Part shown: positions 21,715-33,700 of the stretch, piece after piece | How the letters are laid out: every line of letters begins with the position of its first letter | Numbering within the stretch: position 1 is the first letter of the stretch | Assembly (NCBI RefSeq): GCF_006345805.1 | Contig: NC_043000.1 | Coordinates: 75,640,001 to 75,704,000, forward strand | Reading direction: 5' to 3' | DNA: 64,000 bases | DNA from: Octopus sinensis | Taxonomy: Eukaryota | Notes under the pieces: model-generated | What the model saw: only the letters and a program-made list of their open reading frames with translations | The model's database searches: none | Told to the model about the DNA's origin: nothing | Position numbers and translations under genes: made by a program

Positions 21715-24613
21715 TGTAACGGTTTTAATTGATTGGTAAACTATATTATGATGAAATATTGATACTCAGCAGGGTGTGGAACGTTGTCTCACAGTTACTG
21801 GTAGTAAACTTCATTTCTCCCTCTGACCAATGTTCTAGCTGGTCAGCAAGACTTCGTTCTCATTGAGTTGTCACCGCAGTGACTAACTGATTTTTACTTG
21901 TGGTATGCTTGCTTATATAAAGATCCAGAAGGATAGATATATCATTGAGAACAATAGATTTAGTTGGTGGTCTTGTTATCTATTCTAGCTTTTGGTGAAG
22001 TAGTAGAGGTTAGAAAGGGTCAAGTGAGGAAGACATTATTTTGGCCTAGCTAAAGGCATCTGGAAACTGTAAAACTGCTGTCAGAGAAAAACCATTGTTC
22101 CTTCGTGGGAAAAGCTCTGTTGCAGTGTTAATTTAAATTTGGATATGGTGGATTGAATCCACTTCATGCATGCAAGATTCACTACATACACTCCCCCTGC
22201 CAGTGAGCTTCCTGGTAAGGAAACGAATGATCGAAGGAAATGAAGAAATGCATGGTAAAGGTAAAATTTGCATATCAGGAGAGAGGATCGTTGAAGTGTA
22301 TACGGAACAGTTTTCTGTTTGGATTAGTTTGAATAGTGGTGTCGCTTTGCGTGCCAAAATGTGTGCAGTCAGTGACTGGGCAGTACAGCAAATGAGCGCA
22401 TGTGTGCGCGTGAGGGCATATACAGGAATGCAGGTGCACGTTTCGAAATTGACTGTAAAATAAGCTGAGATGAGCGAGTGAGTGCATTCTCAATCCGTGA
22501 TATGAAAGATTTTCCTGCCGGGTTGCAGTGTTTGAAATACCTTGAAGGTGAAAGCCCGAAGTGAAATGTGTCTGGTGCTGTTGTCGTGGTTAATTGCTGA
22601 GTTAGCAAGGACGACAGTGTAAGCATGCTTGAGTGATGCGCGAGACAGATAATTTGCTCTGTTAATTATTGACCAAACAGGGGTCTAACAGGGGGAAATT
22701 ATGTCTAAACATGAGCGCAGAGCATGTGATCATCCGACGTGCTTTGAGTCGGGAGAAGAATTGGGCTGACGCAGACATATTGCAAAATAAGGCAGTAGAT
22801 GTGCATGTGCATGAGTGCAATAGAGCTTGCAAGGCTGAGGCTAATGCTAGTGCATTGATTACAAAAATAGTGTACAGTATTGAATATGCCAGTGATTAAT
22901 GCAGTAAGGCTGAGGCTGCCAGCCAGTGCATGAGGTATTATATGCCTCGATCATGCAGGAACAAAAGTGTGGCATGCTGGTGCATTGTAGGGGACAAACA
23001 ACTTCATGTATGCGTGACTGACCTAGGGTCTTACAGAGATGAGTTGTCTACAAGGGCGCATTGAGTATGGAAAACAAGCGAGAAAGGCATGTGTGGTGTA
23101 TGAATGTAACAGAGTCAACATGTATGTGTGTATGAGCAAAGTGTGCAGATGCATGTGCAAGGCCAGGCTATGAGGAAAGGTGCATGCATGTGTATATGCA
23201 ACAATATAAACATTTGCAAAGTGAACGTTAAAAAGTACATGCAAAATATGAATAATAAAAAAGCGGAAATAATAAACTTAACTGAAAATAGTGTCCTTTG
23301 TTAAAAGTCTACAGCTGAAAGTGAAAAGATGTGCATGCAAAGGAAAAGATTTGTTGAATGTCTATGTGAGAGTCTTATGTACATGCAAAAGTTCACAGAC
23401 AATGCAGGGTTTATACGTCGGGACTAGACGAAAAGTGCGTGTGTGCCAAAAAGGTTGCATGTGCAGGCTTTTGTATTTTCTTCCAGTTAGTTTCTGTTCA
23501 TGTAGGCAAATACCTTGGGCGTCGGCTGTGTTGTATTGTTGTGAAGTGCATCGTAGATTGCATCGAGGTATAGTGCTTTCTGTAGCAGGTCAATGGAGGA
23601 TGCATCTTGGTGGTGATTCTTTTTCTTTGATTTGGTGACTGTTGATATTCTAGTTCTTTAGTTCGAATCAGTAAAAATGCAGCGGCATGCAGCATCGGAA
23701 GGTATCAATTCTCTTTACACAGGTCACCAAGTTGTTGCAATTGAAGTTTTGTTTAATAGCGATGTCTGTTATGGTACAATGTTGGGGTCGCTAGTTTGTA
23801 ATGGTTGGTTCTTAGGAAGGCTGCAATGCTCTTGTTTGAGGGTCACCAGTTGCAACGGCAATTGGTTGTAACGATATTGTTTTTAGTTGAAGTCGTGGGT
23901 CACCAATTGTAACGGCAGAAATTGGTTTGGTAAATATTATTATTATGAGTTGGAGTCAGCAGATGCAATGATAAAAAGTTGTTGTTGCTGTCTATTGTAA
24001 AATGTGAATGATAGACAAGGCATGAAGTTTTAAGAAAATATTTATTTACTGTTACATTACAAATACCTTGCCTCGACGAGCAGGTTAATGATAAATCCAA
24101 AGGCATGCGAAGTAAAGTTTGTATTAGGGTTCGCTTCATTGTTTAGTAGTAATTGCGGAGACATAGAATGATGTTGTAAGAGAACAGAATTAGAGCTAGA
24201 GAGAATTGTAGGGTGGGAAACGTTGTCTCACAGTTACTGGTAGTAAACTTCATTTCTCCCTCTGACCAATGTTCTAGCTGGTCAGCCAGACTTTGTTCTC
24301 ATTGAGTTGTCACCACAGTGACTAACGATTTTTGCTTGCTTATATAAAGATTCAGAAGGATAGATATATCATTGAGAACAATAGATTTAGTTGGTGGTCT
24401 TGTTATCTATTCTAGCTTTTGGTGAAGTAGAAGAGGTTAGAAAGGGTCAAGTAGTGAAGACATTATTTCAGCCTAGCTAAAGGCATCTGGAAACTGTAAA
24501 ACTGCTGTCAGAGAAAAACCATTGTTCCTTCGTGGGAAAAGTTCTGTTGCAGTGTTAATTTAAATTTGGATATGGTGGATTGAATCCACTTCATGCATGC
24601 AAAATTTGCTACA
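21715..24613 (-). mobile_element. Non-autonomous LTR retroelement (element B), tRNA-Trp-like PBS, non-coding interior
   Basis: 5' LTR 24613-23908, PBS tggtgacccacgac (23905-23892), PPT ggcagggggag next to the 3' LTR 22186-21715. LTRs end GTTACA. No TSD found. Confidence 0.82.
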
Positions 24614-24753
24614 CACATATAATTATTCAATTATTTGCATATTTGTATGTATTGTAGGGAATTAGTAATAATAGTACACCTCTCCCACATAACAAATGGA
24701 ATAACCTAGTCACTATAAGTAAAGAGAAGTACATGAAGTACCAGAGTACATAG

Positions 24754-25151
24754 CAGGCAGTTTAAAATATTTGTATCGGAGTTAATTTTGTCTTGTTATT
24801 TGTTAGACGTAAGTCACTTTATTGAATATTCGTTGAAGGTTTTCCCCTTGTGGGTCTACCCAAGATTATTGATTGTTACTGTTGAAATTGCTGATTATTG
24901 TTGTTTTTTTCCTATTGTGGAAAAATGGAGAAGGTGCCAGTGGGAGACCACAGTTATGTGGCTGCAACTGATAATAGAGTGATGGTTGAAGTCGAACCAA
25001 AGAAAATGAAAGAATGTAAGAAATTGATGGAAAAGGAAGGAAATACACTGAGACTAACGCTGCCTGCAGAACTCACAAGTAATGTAACAAAAAGGACAGT
25101 AATTTATAAAACACTGAAGGTAGCAAGCAGAAGGATCGAAATAGCAACAAT
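24754..25151 (+). pseudogene. Deleted copy of the same ORF1-only cassette in the 5' LTR of element D
   Basis: VEPKKMKECKKLMEKEGNTLRLTLPAELTSNVTKRTVIYKTLKVASR is near-identical to the 26440-26600 region. Sequence resumes at LTR sequence corresponding to ~27990. Confidence 0.85.
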
Positions 25152-25439
25152 ACTGGTTTTACTGTATACTGTATACTGAAGTGGGCATTATGTAAATCCA
25201 ACATTTTAAGGATTATAACAGTGGTGATGAGGATTTAAACAACTCGCGAGGAATTCATAAACTTGACAAGGATTTAAACAACTCACAAGGAATTCATAAA
25301 CTCAACGAGGATTTGAACAACCCATGAGGAATTAATAAACTCGATGAGGATAAACCAATTTATGTGCAGTTAACAGAAACTTAAAGAGGAGTTAATAAAC
25401 TCACAAAGTTGGTGTATGAATTTTACGAAAAATCATAAA

Positions 25440-25880
25440 AGTATGGAATATTTGTTAGCAGGTTTGCTCAAGTTGCAAAAACAGTCACAACAACAGCTGA
25501 AAGAACAACAGCAGCAGATACAACTGCAAGAGCAACAACAGAAGCAACAACAACAATTAATATTATAGCAACAAATGCTGCAATTACTGAAGTTGTCAGG
25601 AAAGTCAGAAAAATTGTTCTTGACAAACTATGTTGCACACTCCATAACAGAGTTCAAATATGAACCTGATGAAGGAGTTACCTTTGAAGCATACTACAGA
25701 AGATATGAGCAAATCTTTGATAAAGACTGTAAAGACTGGGATGACAAGATGAAAAAGCACTTAATCAAGAGAAAACTGGCAGTGACAGAACATGAGCAAT
25801 ACAGTAATTATGTACTCCCAAGAAAATCTTTGGACATAGATTTTAATGACACAATAGATATATTGTGTAAAATTTTCAGT
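25440..25880 (+). pseudogene. Gypsy gag N-terminal remnant
   Basis: Gln-rich N-terminus, then ITEFKYEPDEGVTFEAYYRRYEQIF...EHEQYSNYVLP...DILCKIF, joined directly to the pre-PPT region. Confidence 0.75.
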
Positions 25881-26188
25881 ACGATACATTCCAAGTACCA
25901 ACACCACTGCAGATGCCCAGGCATACAAGTAAGAGGAAAAGAAAATGTACAGAATTCTTGAAAATAGATGCCAATCGAAAAAAAAAATTAAATTGTATGA
26001 AAAAATATCAAAAAAGGGAGGTGAGGGGAATAAAATTGTTGCTAAATAAAATGACACTTCATAAGAAAAACTTAAAAGGGGAGATGTTTTAGGAAATTAG
26101 TGATAATAGTACACCCCTTCCACATGACAAATGGAATAACATAGTCACTATAAGTAAAGAGAATTATGTGAAGTACCAGAGTATATAG

Positions 26189-27951
26189 CATGCGGTTTGA
26201 GATATTCGTATCGGAGTTAATTTTGTCGTGTTAGACATGAGTCACTTTGTTGAATATTTGTTAAATGTCTCCCCTCGTAGGTGTAACCAACATTATTATT
26301 GTTGCTGTTGAAATTGCTGATTATTGTTATTTTTTAATTGTTTTTTTTTCCTATTGTGGGATAAATGGAGAAGGTGCTAGCTATGCAGCTGCAACTGGTA
26401 GAGGAACAGAAGTTGAAGTGCTGGAGGTGCATGAAGTAAAAGTCGAACCAAAGAAAATGAAAGAATGTAACAAATTGTTGGAAAAGGAAGGAAACACACT
26501 GAGACTAATGCTGCCTGCAGAACTCACAAGTAATGTAACAAAAAGGACAGTAATTTATAAAACACTGAAGGTAGCAAGCAGAAAGGTTGAAATAGCAACA
26601 ATCGTGGCTATTGAGGAATGTTTGAAGGAAATAAAGAGGTTGACTACGTTCATTACCAGAGAAAGAAAGTATGGTACTGTGGAGGTGCATTTAGCGATAG
26701 AGGATAAAGCAATTAAGCACTCCACGGAAGCCATAAGAACAGAGGAATGGGTGCTTTTGCCGACCGACTGTGGCAAACGTGTTGCCAGGGTGGGAGTTGG
26801 CAAAGTGCCACCAGAGATAAAAGAAACATGGCCGATGGCAGCCATTATGTTCAATATGGAGGAGGAGGCCAAGATTCTCAAGGCCACAAGAACCAAAAGT
26901 ATGAACTATTGGGGGTATGGCATAGAAATGGCCATTCAAGCGAGTATAGAAGACCTCAAAAGAATCGCAGAAGAGATAGTTCTGCCTGAAGACATAAGGC
27001 TGCGAGTGGTGGTGGAGGGTAGGCCGCCCATATGCTATGAATAAGAGAAAAAGACCACATGAAGGCGAGGTGCCCCCCAGAGAGAACAATAGATAGAACA
27101 GACTGAGAAGCAAGAGAGTGCAGACCAAGTGGTACAAGAAAGAGAAGTGATAGAGTAAGCCCTCCAACCAGAGAGGCAGAAAAAGAAAGAAATGGTAGAG
27201 AAAGAGGTTGTGAAGGAAGTCAGAAGGAAAATAAAATGGTGGTTGACAAGAAGATCGAAAGGGAACTTGAAAAGGAGCTCGAGGAGGAGACAGCAGCAAA
27301 GACATTGATTGTACCAGTAGAGGAGGAGGATTCAGGAGAACAATTATATGAGGGTGAAATGGAGAGATTATTCAGAGTGGAGGAGGGAAGAGAAAAGGTA
27401 CCAGCAGTGGAGCAGGAAAAGGGAAAGCAAGTAAGAAATCCCCCAAAATATCGATGGAATTTTGTGACATATGCGTAAAACAAGGAAACAGAACGGAAGA
27501 TAATGAAATTTAAGTCTATCATCATAAGGGTGAAGTTGCCCATAGAAGTGTATTCAGAGAATGTGAAGGCCATTGTGGTTGATAGGCTGAGAGATATGTG
27601 TGGAGGGGGAATTGATCCACCAAGAGTAGCGGTGGAATTTGATAAATTGCCACCAGTAGTGGAATTGAAATATCTCAAACCTTTTATGAAATACTAAGAA
27701 AAAGGAAAAAGTAAGTTAAATTGTTTTATTGGAAAAAAAGGAAAAAAAGAGAAAAAACGATAAAGAAAAAAAAACAAAGGAGAATGAATAATTGTAAACA
27801 GTGTATTAAATGTTCAAATGGTACTGTATGGGGGTGGGACCCATGCAGTCATTTCATTTTCATTTGTTTTATGTTTTTTGTCCCCACTGTGATGTTCTGT
27901 CATCCTTGTAGTGTCCCCTCTGTGTTATGGCTGTAGTGCCAAATAAAGAAA
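26189..27951 (+). mobile_element. ORF1-only (HAL1-like) Tx1-related element inserted in the 3' LTR of element D
   Basis: 11-bp TSD agagta(t/c)atag at 26178-26188 and 27952-27962. ORF1 remnant ~26365-27697 with a degenerate CCHC (RPPICYE) and acidic tract. Ends ...gtgccaaataaagaaa. Confidence 0.78.
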
Positions 27952-28110
27952 AGAGTACATAGTAAGTGGTCAGAGATAGTCGTGTATTTACTGGTTTTAT
28001 TAAATATACTGTATACTGAAGTGGACATTATAACAATCCAACATTTTAAGGATTAAAACAGTATGTATTTATGCCTTGCTTTGGGCACTGCCATGATATA
28101 TTGATATATA

Positions 28111-29440
28111 TTAGGTTGTTCACAAAATGATGTCTGATTTAAAAAATAAGCCTATATTTTGAAAAAAATGAACTTATAACAGTTTAATTATTCAAAATAT
28201 AATCCCTGAACAGCTATGCATTTCTCCCATCGATTAACAAGATCATTTATGCCTCTTTGATAAAAATCCAAAGATTTTGATTTCAAGAGATCCAAGAATT
28301 CAGTTTCAACCTTGGTTTTGGAATGAGGGTTGTTTTGTCTTAAAAAAGTGTCTAGATGCCCGAGAAAGCAGTAGTCAGTGAAACATAGGGAGAATATGGA
28401 GGATGTGCTAAAGACTCATATCCCAAGTCTGTGAGCTTTTGCAGTGACATCTTGGAAATGTGTGGTTGCGTGTTGTCTAACAAGTGCAGGTTTCATTTTG
28501 CTCAAGTGAACATACATTTCTTCCAGTTGCTTACACTAAACTTCTGATGCAATGCTCTGGTTAGGTTCCAGAAAGCTGTAATAGATGACACCAATAGCAG
28601 ACCACCAGACAGTCACCATAATCTTCATTTTCAGGAAATATTTGGGTATTTCATCACAATCAAGCCATTGACCCTAATCAATTATGATTGTCATAAAGGA
28701 TCCACTTTTTGTCACAAGTAGGGCCAGCTCAAGGTACCAGAAACTTGGGCAGTCGCTTGGGGTGTTATATGCTAGGGGGTGCCAAAGAGGGTGTGACAAA
28801 GACAAGAAATTTCCATGACCGTCAGCTTGTACACATACTTCAGCTTATCTGGAGTGCCAGCAACCCTAAACCTGGCCCTGGTCACAAGTCACTATTCAAT
28901 CAAGAAATGGGGTATTAGAATTTCACAGAGAGAGTGTGTTCAATGAACATACTTCAAAATACTGAAGTTTTTTTATTTTAATTGAGGTCATGCAAGACCC
29001 ATTTATCGAGCTTTTTCAATAGCTCAACTATTGTTTTCAACTATTGTTTTCAATGCTAATCACGAAGGGTGGATGGACGTCCACTGCCTTTTTGATCTTC
29101 AAAGTTCTCATCCCTATTATGGAATCTCTCGAACCTGTGTTGTACTGTCTGATCACTAGTAGACCATTCATTCCATGTTCTGTTGATATTGGAAGCTGTT
29201 TGGGAAGCATTATTTCCAAGCTTGAATTCATGCAAAAATAAATAAATGCATTTCTTCTTTTTTCATGTTTGAAATTAAGGATTTCTACACTTCAAAATTA
29301 TATTCTGAAAGAAATCAACAAAAATTTCTTAAAGAGTACACATCAACTATTAAGCATGTAGAATTTTGTCTAAAGCACTTAAAAAATAACATCTTAAATC
29401 AAATGTTTTCAAAAAAATCAGACAGTACTTTCCATTTTTG
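28111..29440 (-). mobile_element. Decayed mariner (Tc1/mariner) transposon
   Basis: Minus: EFKLGNNASQTASNINRTW...EDQKGSGRPSTL (HTH region) and LAHPPYSP (catalytic region). Left TIR-like ttaggttgttc; right end only partly recognisable. Confidence 0.8.
28719..28880. mobile_element. 162-bp hAT-type MITE inserted in the mariner remnant
   Basis: TIRs tagggccag/ctggccctg and 8-bp TSD GTCACAAG (28711-28718 and 28881-28888). Confidence 0.85.
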
Positions 29441-30015
29441 ACATGGTGACTCTAATCTCTCTTCAGGTTTGACTTTAGTGTTTTTTGAACTTAGAGCACA
29501 AGTGACTGAATGAATACTGCAAATGCAAAGCAATCTATCTTATGCTCGAATGACTTTACTAATTCACCTGGTCAGTTCATATTGTGGCTATAATTCCAAA
29601 TAAGAACTGACCAGTCCATATCTGCATGGAAAATGGATGTACAACAAAAATAATAATTAAGTTATATATGTATATGGTTAATATCTGTCTAAAAGAAGAA
29701 AAGAAAATGGAGATTTTAGTCAGCTAAAATGAATTGATAAGTCCATATATAACATCCAAAGGTACATCTTTCTCCTTTGATGAAATCATACTCATGTCAC
29801 ATAAATGTAAATCTAATGTACAAATTTGTAATTAAATTACTGAGTATTAACTGAAAGGCTGTAAGAAGCAAAAATGACCAATTTGTTGTTAATCATAAGC
29901 AATTGTTAACTTCCTAATCTCCATTTTCTTTTCCTCTTTTGAATGGATATAAGCTATATGCTTTATATATACCTATTATTTTAAGGAAATTCATTTCCCC
30001 TCTAATTATATATTT

Positions 30016-30765
30016 CCCATCTTTCCGCCATTGGCGGTCTTTTTTTCCTCCTCTTCTTGCTAAAACTTGAAAATCGCCATTACCATTACGATTCTGCAAT
30101 TTAAATTCCCAATTCAACTTACTTTCTTCTTCAATTTCAACTCCCGGTCGATGCCCGCAGCAAGTTCTTAAAAATTTATCTTACTATTTTATTCGTTGTT
30201 ACTACGTTTATTCATACATTGATAACTTGATTCGTCTTACCCATCTCACTCACTACGAAAATTTAACCTTTTAGGCTACTTTCAAGCCTTCGCCATAACT
30301 TGATTTATCTTTCCTATCTCTCTCTCTACAAAATTTAACCTTAGGCTACCTCAAGCCGTAATCCCATCTTTTCCCATCTTTCCGCCATTGGCGGTCTTTT
30401 TTTCCTCCTCTTCTTCTTCTTATGCTAAAACTTGAAAATCGCCATTACCATTACGATTCTGCAATTTAAATTCCCAATTCAACTTACTTTCTTCTTCAAT
30501 TTCAACTCCCGGTCGATGCCCGCAGCAAGTTCTTAAAAATTTATCTTACTATTTTATTCGTTGTTACTACGTTTATTCATACATTGATAACTTGATTCGT
30601 CTTACCCATCTCACTCACTACGAAAATTTAACCTTTTAGGCTACTTTCAAGCCTTCGCCATAACTTGATTTATCTTTCCTATCTCTCTCTCTACGAAATT
30701 TAACCTTAGGCTACCTCAAGCCGTAATCCTATCTTTACCCATCTTTCCGCCATTGGCGGTGCGCC
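30016..30765 (+). repeat. ~360-bp tandem repeat (two units plus start of a third) directly upstream of the RTE LINE
   Basis: Units start cccatctttccgccattggcgg at 30016, 30373 and 30738. Confidence 0.9.
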
Positions 30766-33700
30766 CGCCCCCACCCCCACCACCAATACCGATGAACACT
30801 GTTCTCACCCCCACCACCAATACCGGTGAACACTGTTCTCACCCCCACCACCAATACCGGTGAACACTGTTCTCACCCCCACCACCAATACCAGTATACC
30901 CTGTTCTCACCATCTACACCGGATACGCCCTACTCCCTCCTCCTCCCCCCACTACCCCTTCTCCTCATATGCTTTCACTGTGAAAAGACAAGCTGCTAGC
31001 GCCATAGCTCATCAACTGCCCACCGATCTTACGCTTCCTCCTGACACTGCCTCAATCCGACCATCCCCTTTTAGTACCCTCCCGCCTCGTAATATCCTAC
31101 GTTTTTATTTCTTACGAACCTATACCAATCCTTCCTGCCATCGTTCCTCCTTACCCCAACTTTCCCCACTGGTTGCTCCCCTATACTACCCGCCTCAACT
31201 GGACCCCCCCTCCCCGACTCAACTCTAGAATATCTGTATTTCTTTCCTCTACCTAATTACGTTACTCAGTGACGATAACGAATGTCCACTGCTAACACCA
31301 GCTCCTGCCCACGGCGTGGTCAGGTTGGAAGAGAGATCAAAAGAAAAATACCACGAAAACTATCACCACCACAACAACCCTCCTCTTCTCAGGCGCCGAA
31401 TCCCCCCCGTCCCCCCACATCTCCTTCCCAGTTTTCAGAGTTGGCACTATCAATGTTGGTACATTGACAGGCAAGTCTAGTGAGATTGTAGAGATGCTAG
31501 AGAGAAGACAGGTTGATGTATGCTGCATACAAGAGGTAAGATGGAGAGATGCTTCGGCTAGGGTCCTCACGGGCAAGGCACTTAGGTACAAACTCTACTG
31601 GCAAGGTAACGCGGAAGGTGTAGGGGGTGTAGGCATTCTCCTTGCGGAGGAATGGGTGGATAAGGTCATAGAGGTTGTCAGGGTTTGTGATAGAGTGCTT
31701 AAGCTCAGGTTGGTCCTACAGAGTGGCACAGCTATGATTATCTCAGCCTATGCCCCACAAGCGGGACTACCAAATGATCAGAAGGACAACTTTTATGATA
31801 CCCTTCTGCAGGCTACTTCAAAGACTAGTAACAAGGACCTCATCTTTGTAGGTGGAGATTTTAATGGGCATGTTGGGCGGGAATCGGGTATCTTCACTGG
31901 GGTACATGGTGGCTATGGTATTGGCACCAGAAATGATGAGGGAACTAGACTGCTGGAATTCTGTGATGCATGTAACCTTCAATCTGCAACACTAACTTCA
32001 AGAAGCCAGTCTGCCACCTTATAACTTATCAGTCAGGAGACTCCGCTAGCCAAATAGACTTCATCCTCACCAGACAACGGGATGCAGGGTTGCTCTTGAA
32101 TACAAAGACCCTCCCGGGTGAAGAATGTATCCCTCAGCATAGACTAATCATCAGTGACTTTAAGCTTGAGGCCAGAAGGACTCCAAGAAACAAACCAATC
32201 CAGAAAAGAAGGATTTGGAGGCTAAAGAACCCTTCGCATGGTCAGAAATTTAGGGACATACTCATCAAGAAATTTGATGAGAGGGAGGAGGAGCTTCAGA
32301 CGTCAGACATAGAAGGTAGCTGGGAATTCCTACGGGACAGCTTGTTGAGTGCCACAGACCAAGTCTGTGGATGGTGCAAAGTCCCTTCCAGACCTAGAAT
32401 TACGTGGTGGTGGAATAGTGCAGTAGATAAAGCCATCTGTGAAAAGAGACGGGCCTGGAAAGCCTGGAAGGATGGGGGCAGCAGGGAACTGTACCAGATA
32501 GCCAAAAGGGAGGCTGGGCGGCAGGTATACATTGCCAAGATGTAGCAGAAAAGAAGAAGTTTGCCAATGTCCAGCGTCGCGAGGATCAAAGAGCTGAAGT
32601 ATTTCGGATTGCCAGACAGTGTGTCAGAGAAAATAGCGATGTTATAGGAGAGAAATGTGTCCGCATGGATGATGGGGCACTTGCTTTTACTACTAGTGAA
32701 AAGAAAGAGGCTTGGAGAAGCCATTATGAAAGACTGCTGAATGAGGAGAATGAATGGGAGGAGGAGAGCCTGCCAAATGTTGACCCAGTAGAGGGACCAG
32801 CTACCCGAATAGACAGCTCCCTTGTAGATAAGGCAATTAAGGATATGAAACCAGGCAAAGCCCCTGGCCTATCAGGAATCACTGCTGAGATGCTTAAAAC
32901 AGCTGGCTATGTGGGCTATGCCATAGTCACCCGCATTGTAAACCAGGTAGTTCACAATGGAGTCATACCCAATGACTGGTGCAGCAGCACCATAGTCAAC
33001 TGCTACAAGGGTAAGGGTGATGCTCTAGATAGAAATAACTACAGAGGTATCAAACTGTTGGACCAGGTGATGAAGGTCTCAGAGAAGGTCATAACCAATC
33101 TCATTAGGGAGAGAATTTGTTTAGATGAAATGCAGTTCGGTTTTGTACCAGGTAGAAGCACCACTGATGCTATATTCCTGGTCCGACAACTGCAGGAGAA
33201 GTACCTAGCTAAAGATAAACCCCTCTACATAGCTTTTGTAGACTTGGAGAAAGCCTTTGACAGGGTTCCCCGTTCCCTTATCTGGTGGTCGATGCGGAAA
33301 CTGGAGATTGAAGAATGGCTAATAAGGGCTGTACAGGCTCTATACAGAGAGGCTGTCAGCAAGGTTAGGATTGGCAACGAATATAGTGAAGAATTCCGGG
33401 TAGAAGTAGGTGTGCACCAGGGCTCAGCCCTCAGTCCCCTTTTATTCATCATAGTCCTTCAGGCAATAACAGAGGAATTCAAAACGGGATGCCCCTGGGA
33501 GCTCCTCTATGCCGATGACCTAGCTCTCATAGCAGAATCACTACCGGAACTAGAAGAGAAATTTCGGGTGTGGAAGCAAGGGTTGGAATCAAAGGGCCTT
33601 AGAATAAATGTAGCAAAGACCAAAGTATTAGTAAGCAGCAAGAGGTACTCAGCACACATCCCCTCGGGTAGGTGGCCCTGCTCAACCTGTAGGAAAGGTA

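Larger units (their letters stand above)
24650..28060 (+). mobile_element. Internally deleted Gypsy (Mag-like) LTR element (element D)
   Basis: 5' LTR 24650-25220, PBS tggtgatgaggat (25222-25234, consistent with CpG-decayed tRNA-Ser TGGCGACGAGGAT), PPT aaaaggggaga 26074-26084, 3' LTR 26085-28060, perfect 5-bp TSD GTATG (24645-24649 and 28061-28065). Confidence 0.85.

Noticed and set aside
21711-24617. TSD for element B
   Set aside because: The flanks (taag and caca) do not match, so B may be a recombinant and no age or TSD claim is made.
30782-30895. 33-bp direct repeats of CRISPR-like length
   Set aside because: The units are contiguous with no spacers, in a eukaryotic LINE context. It is a minisatellite.
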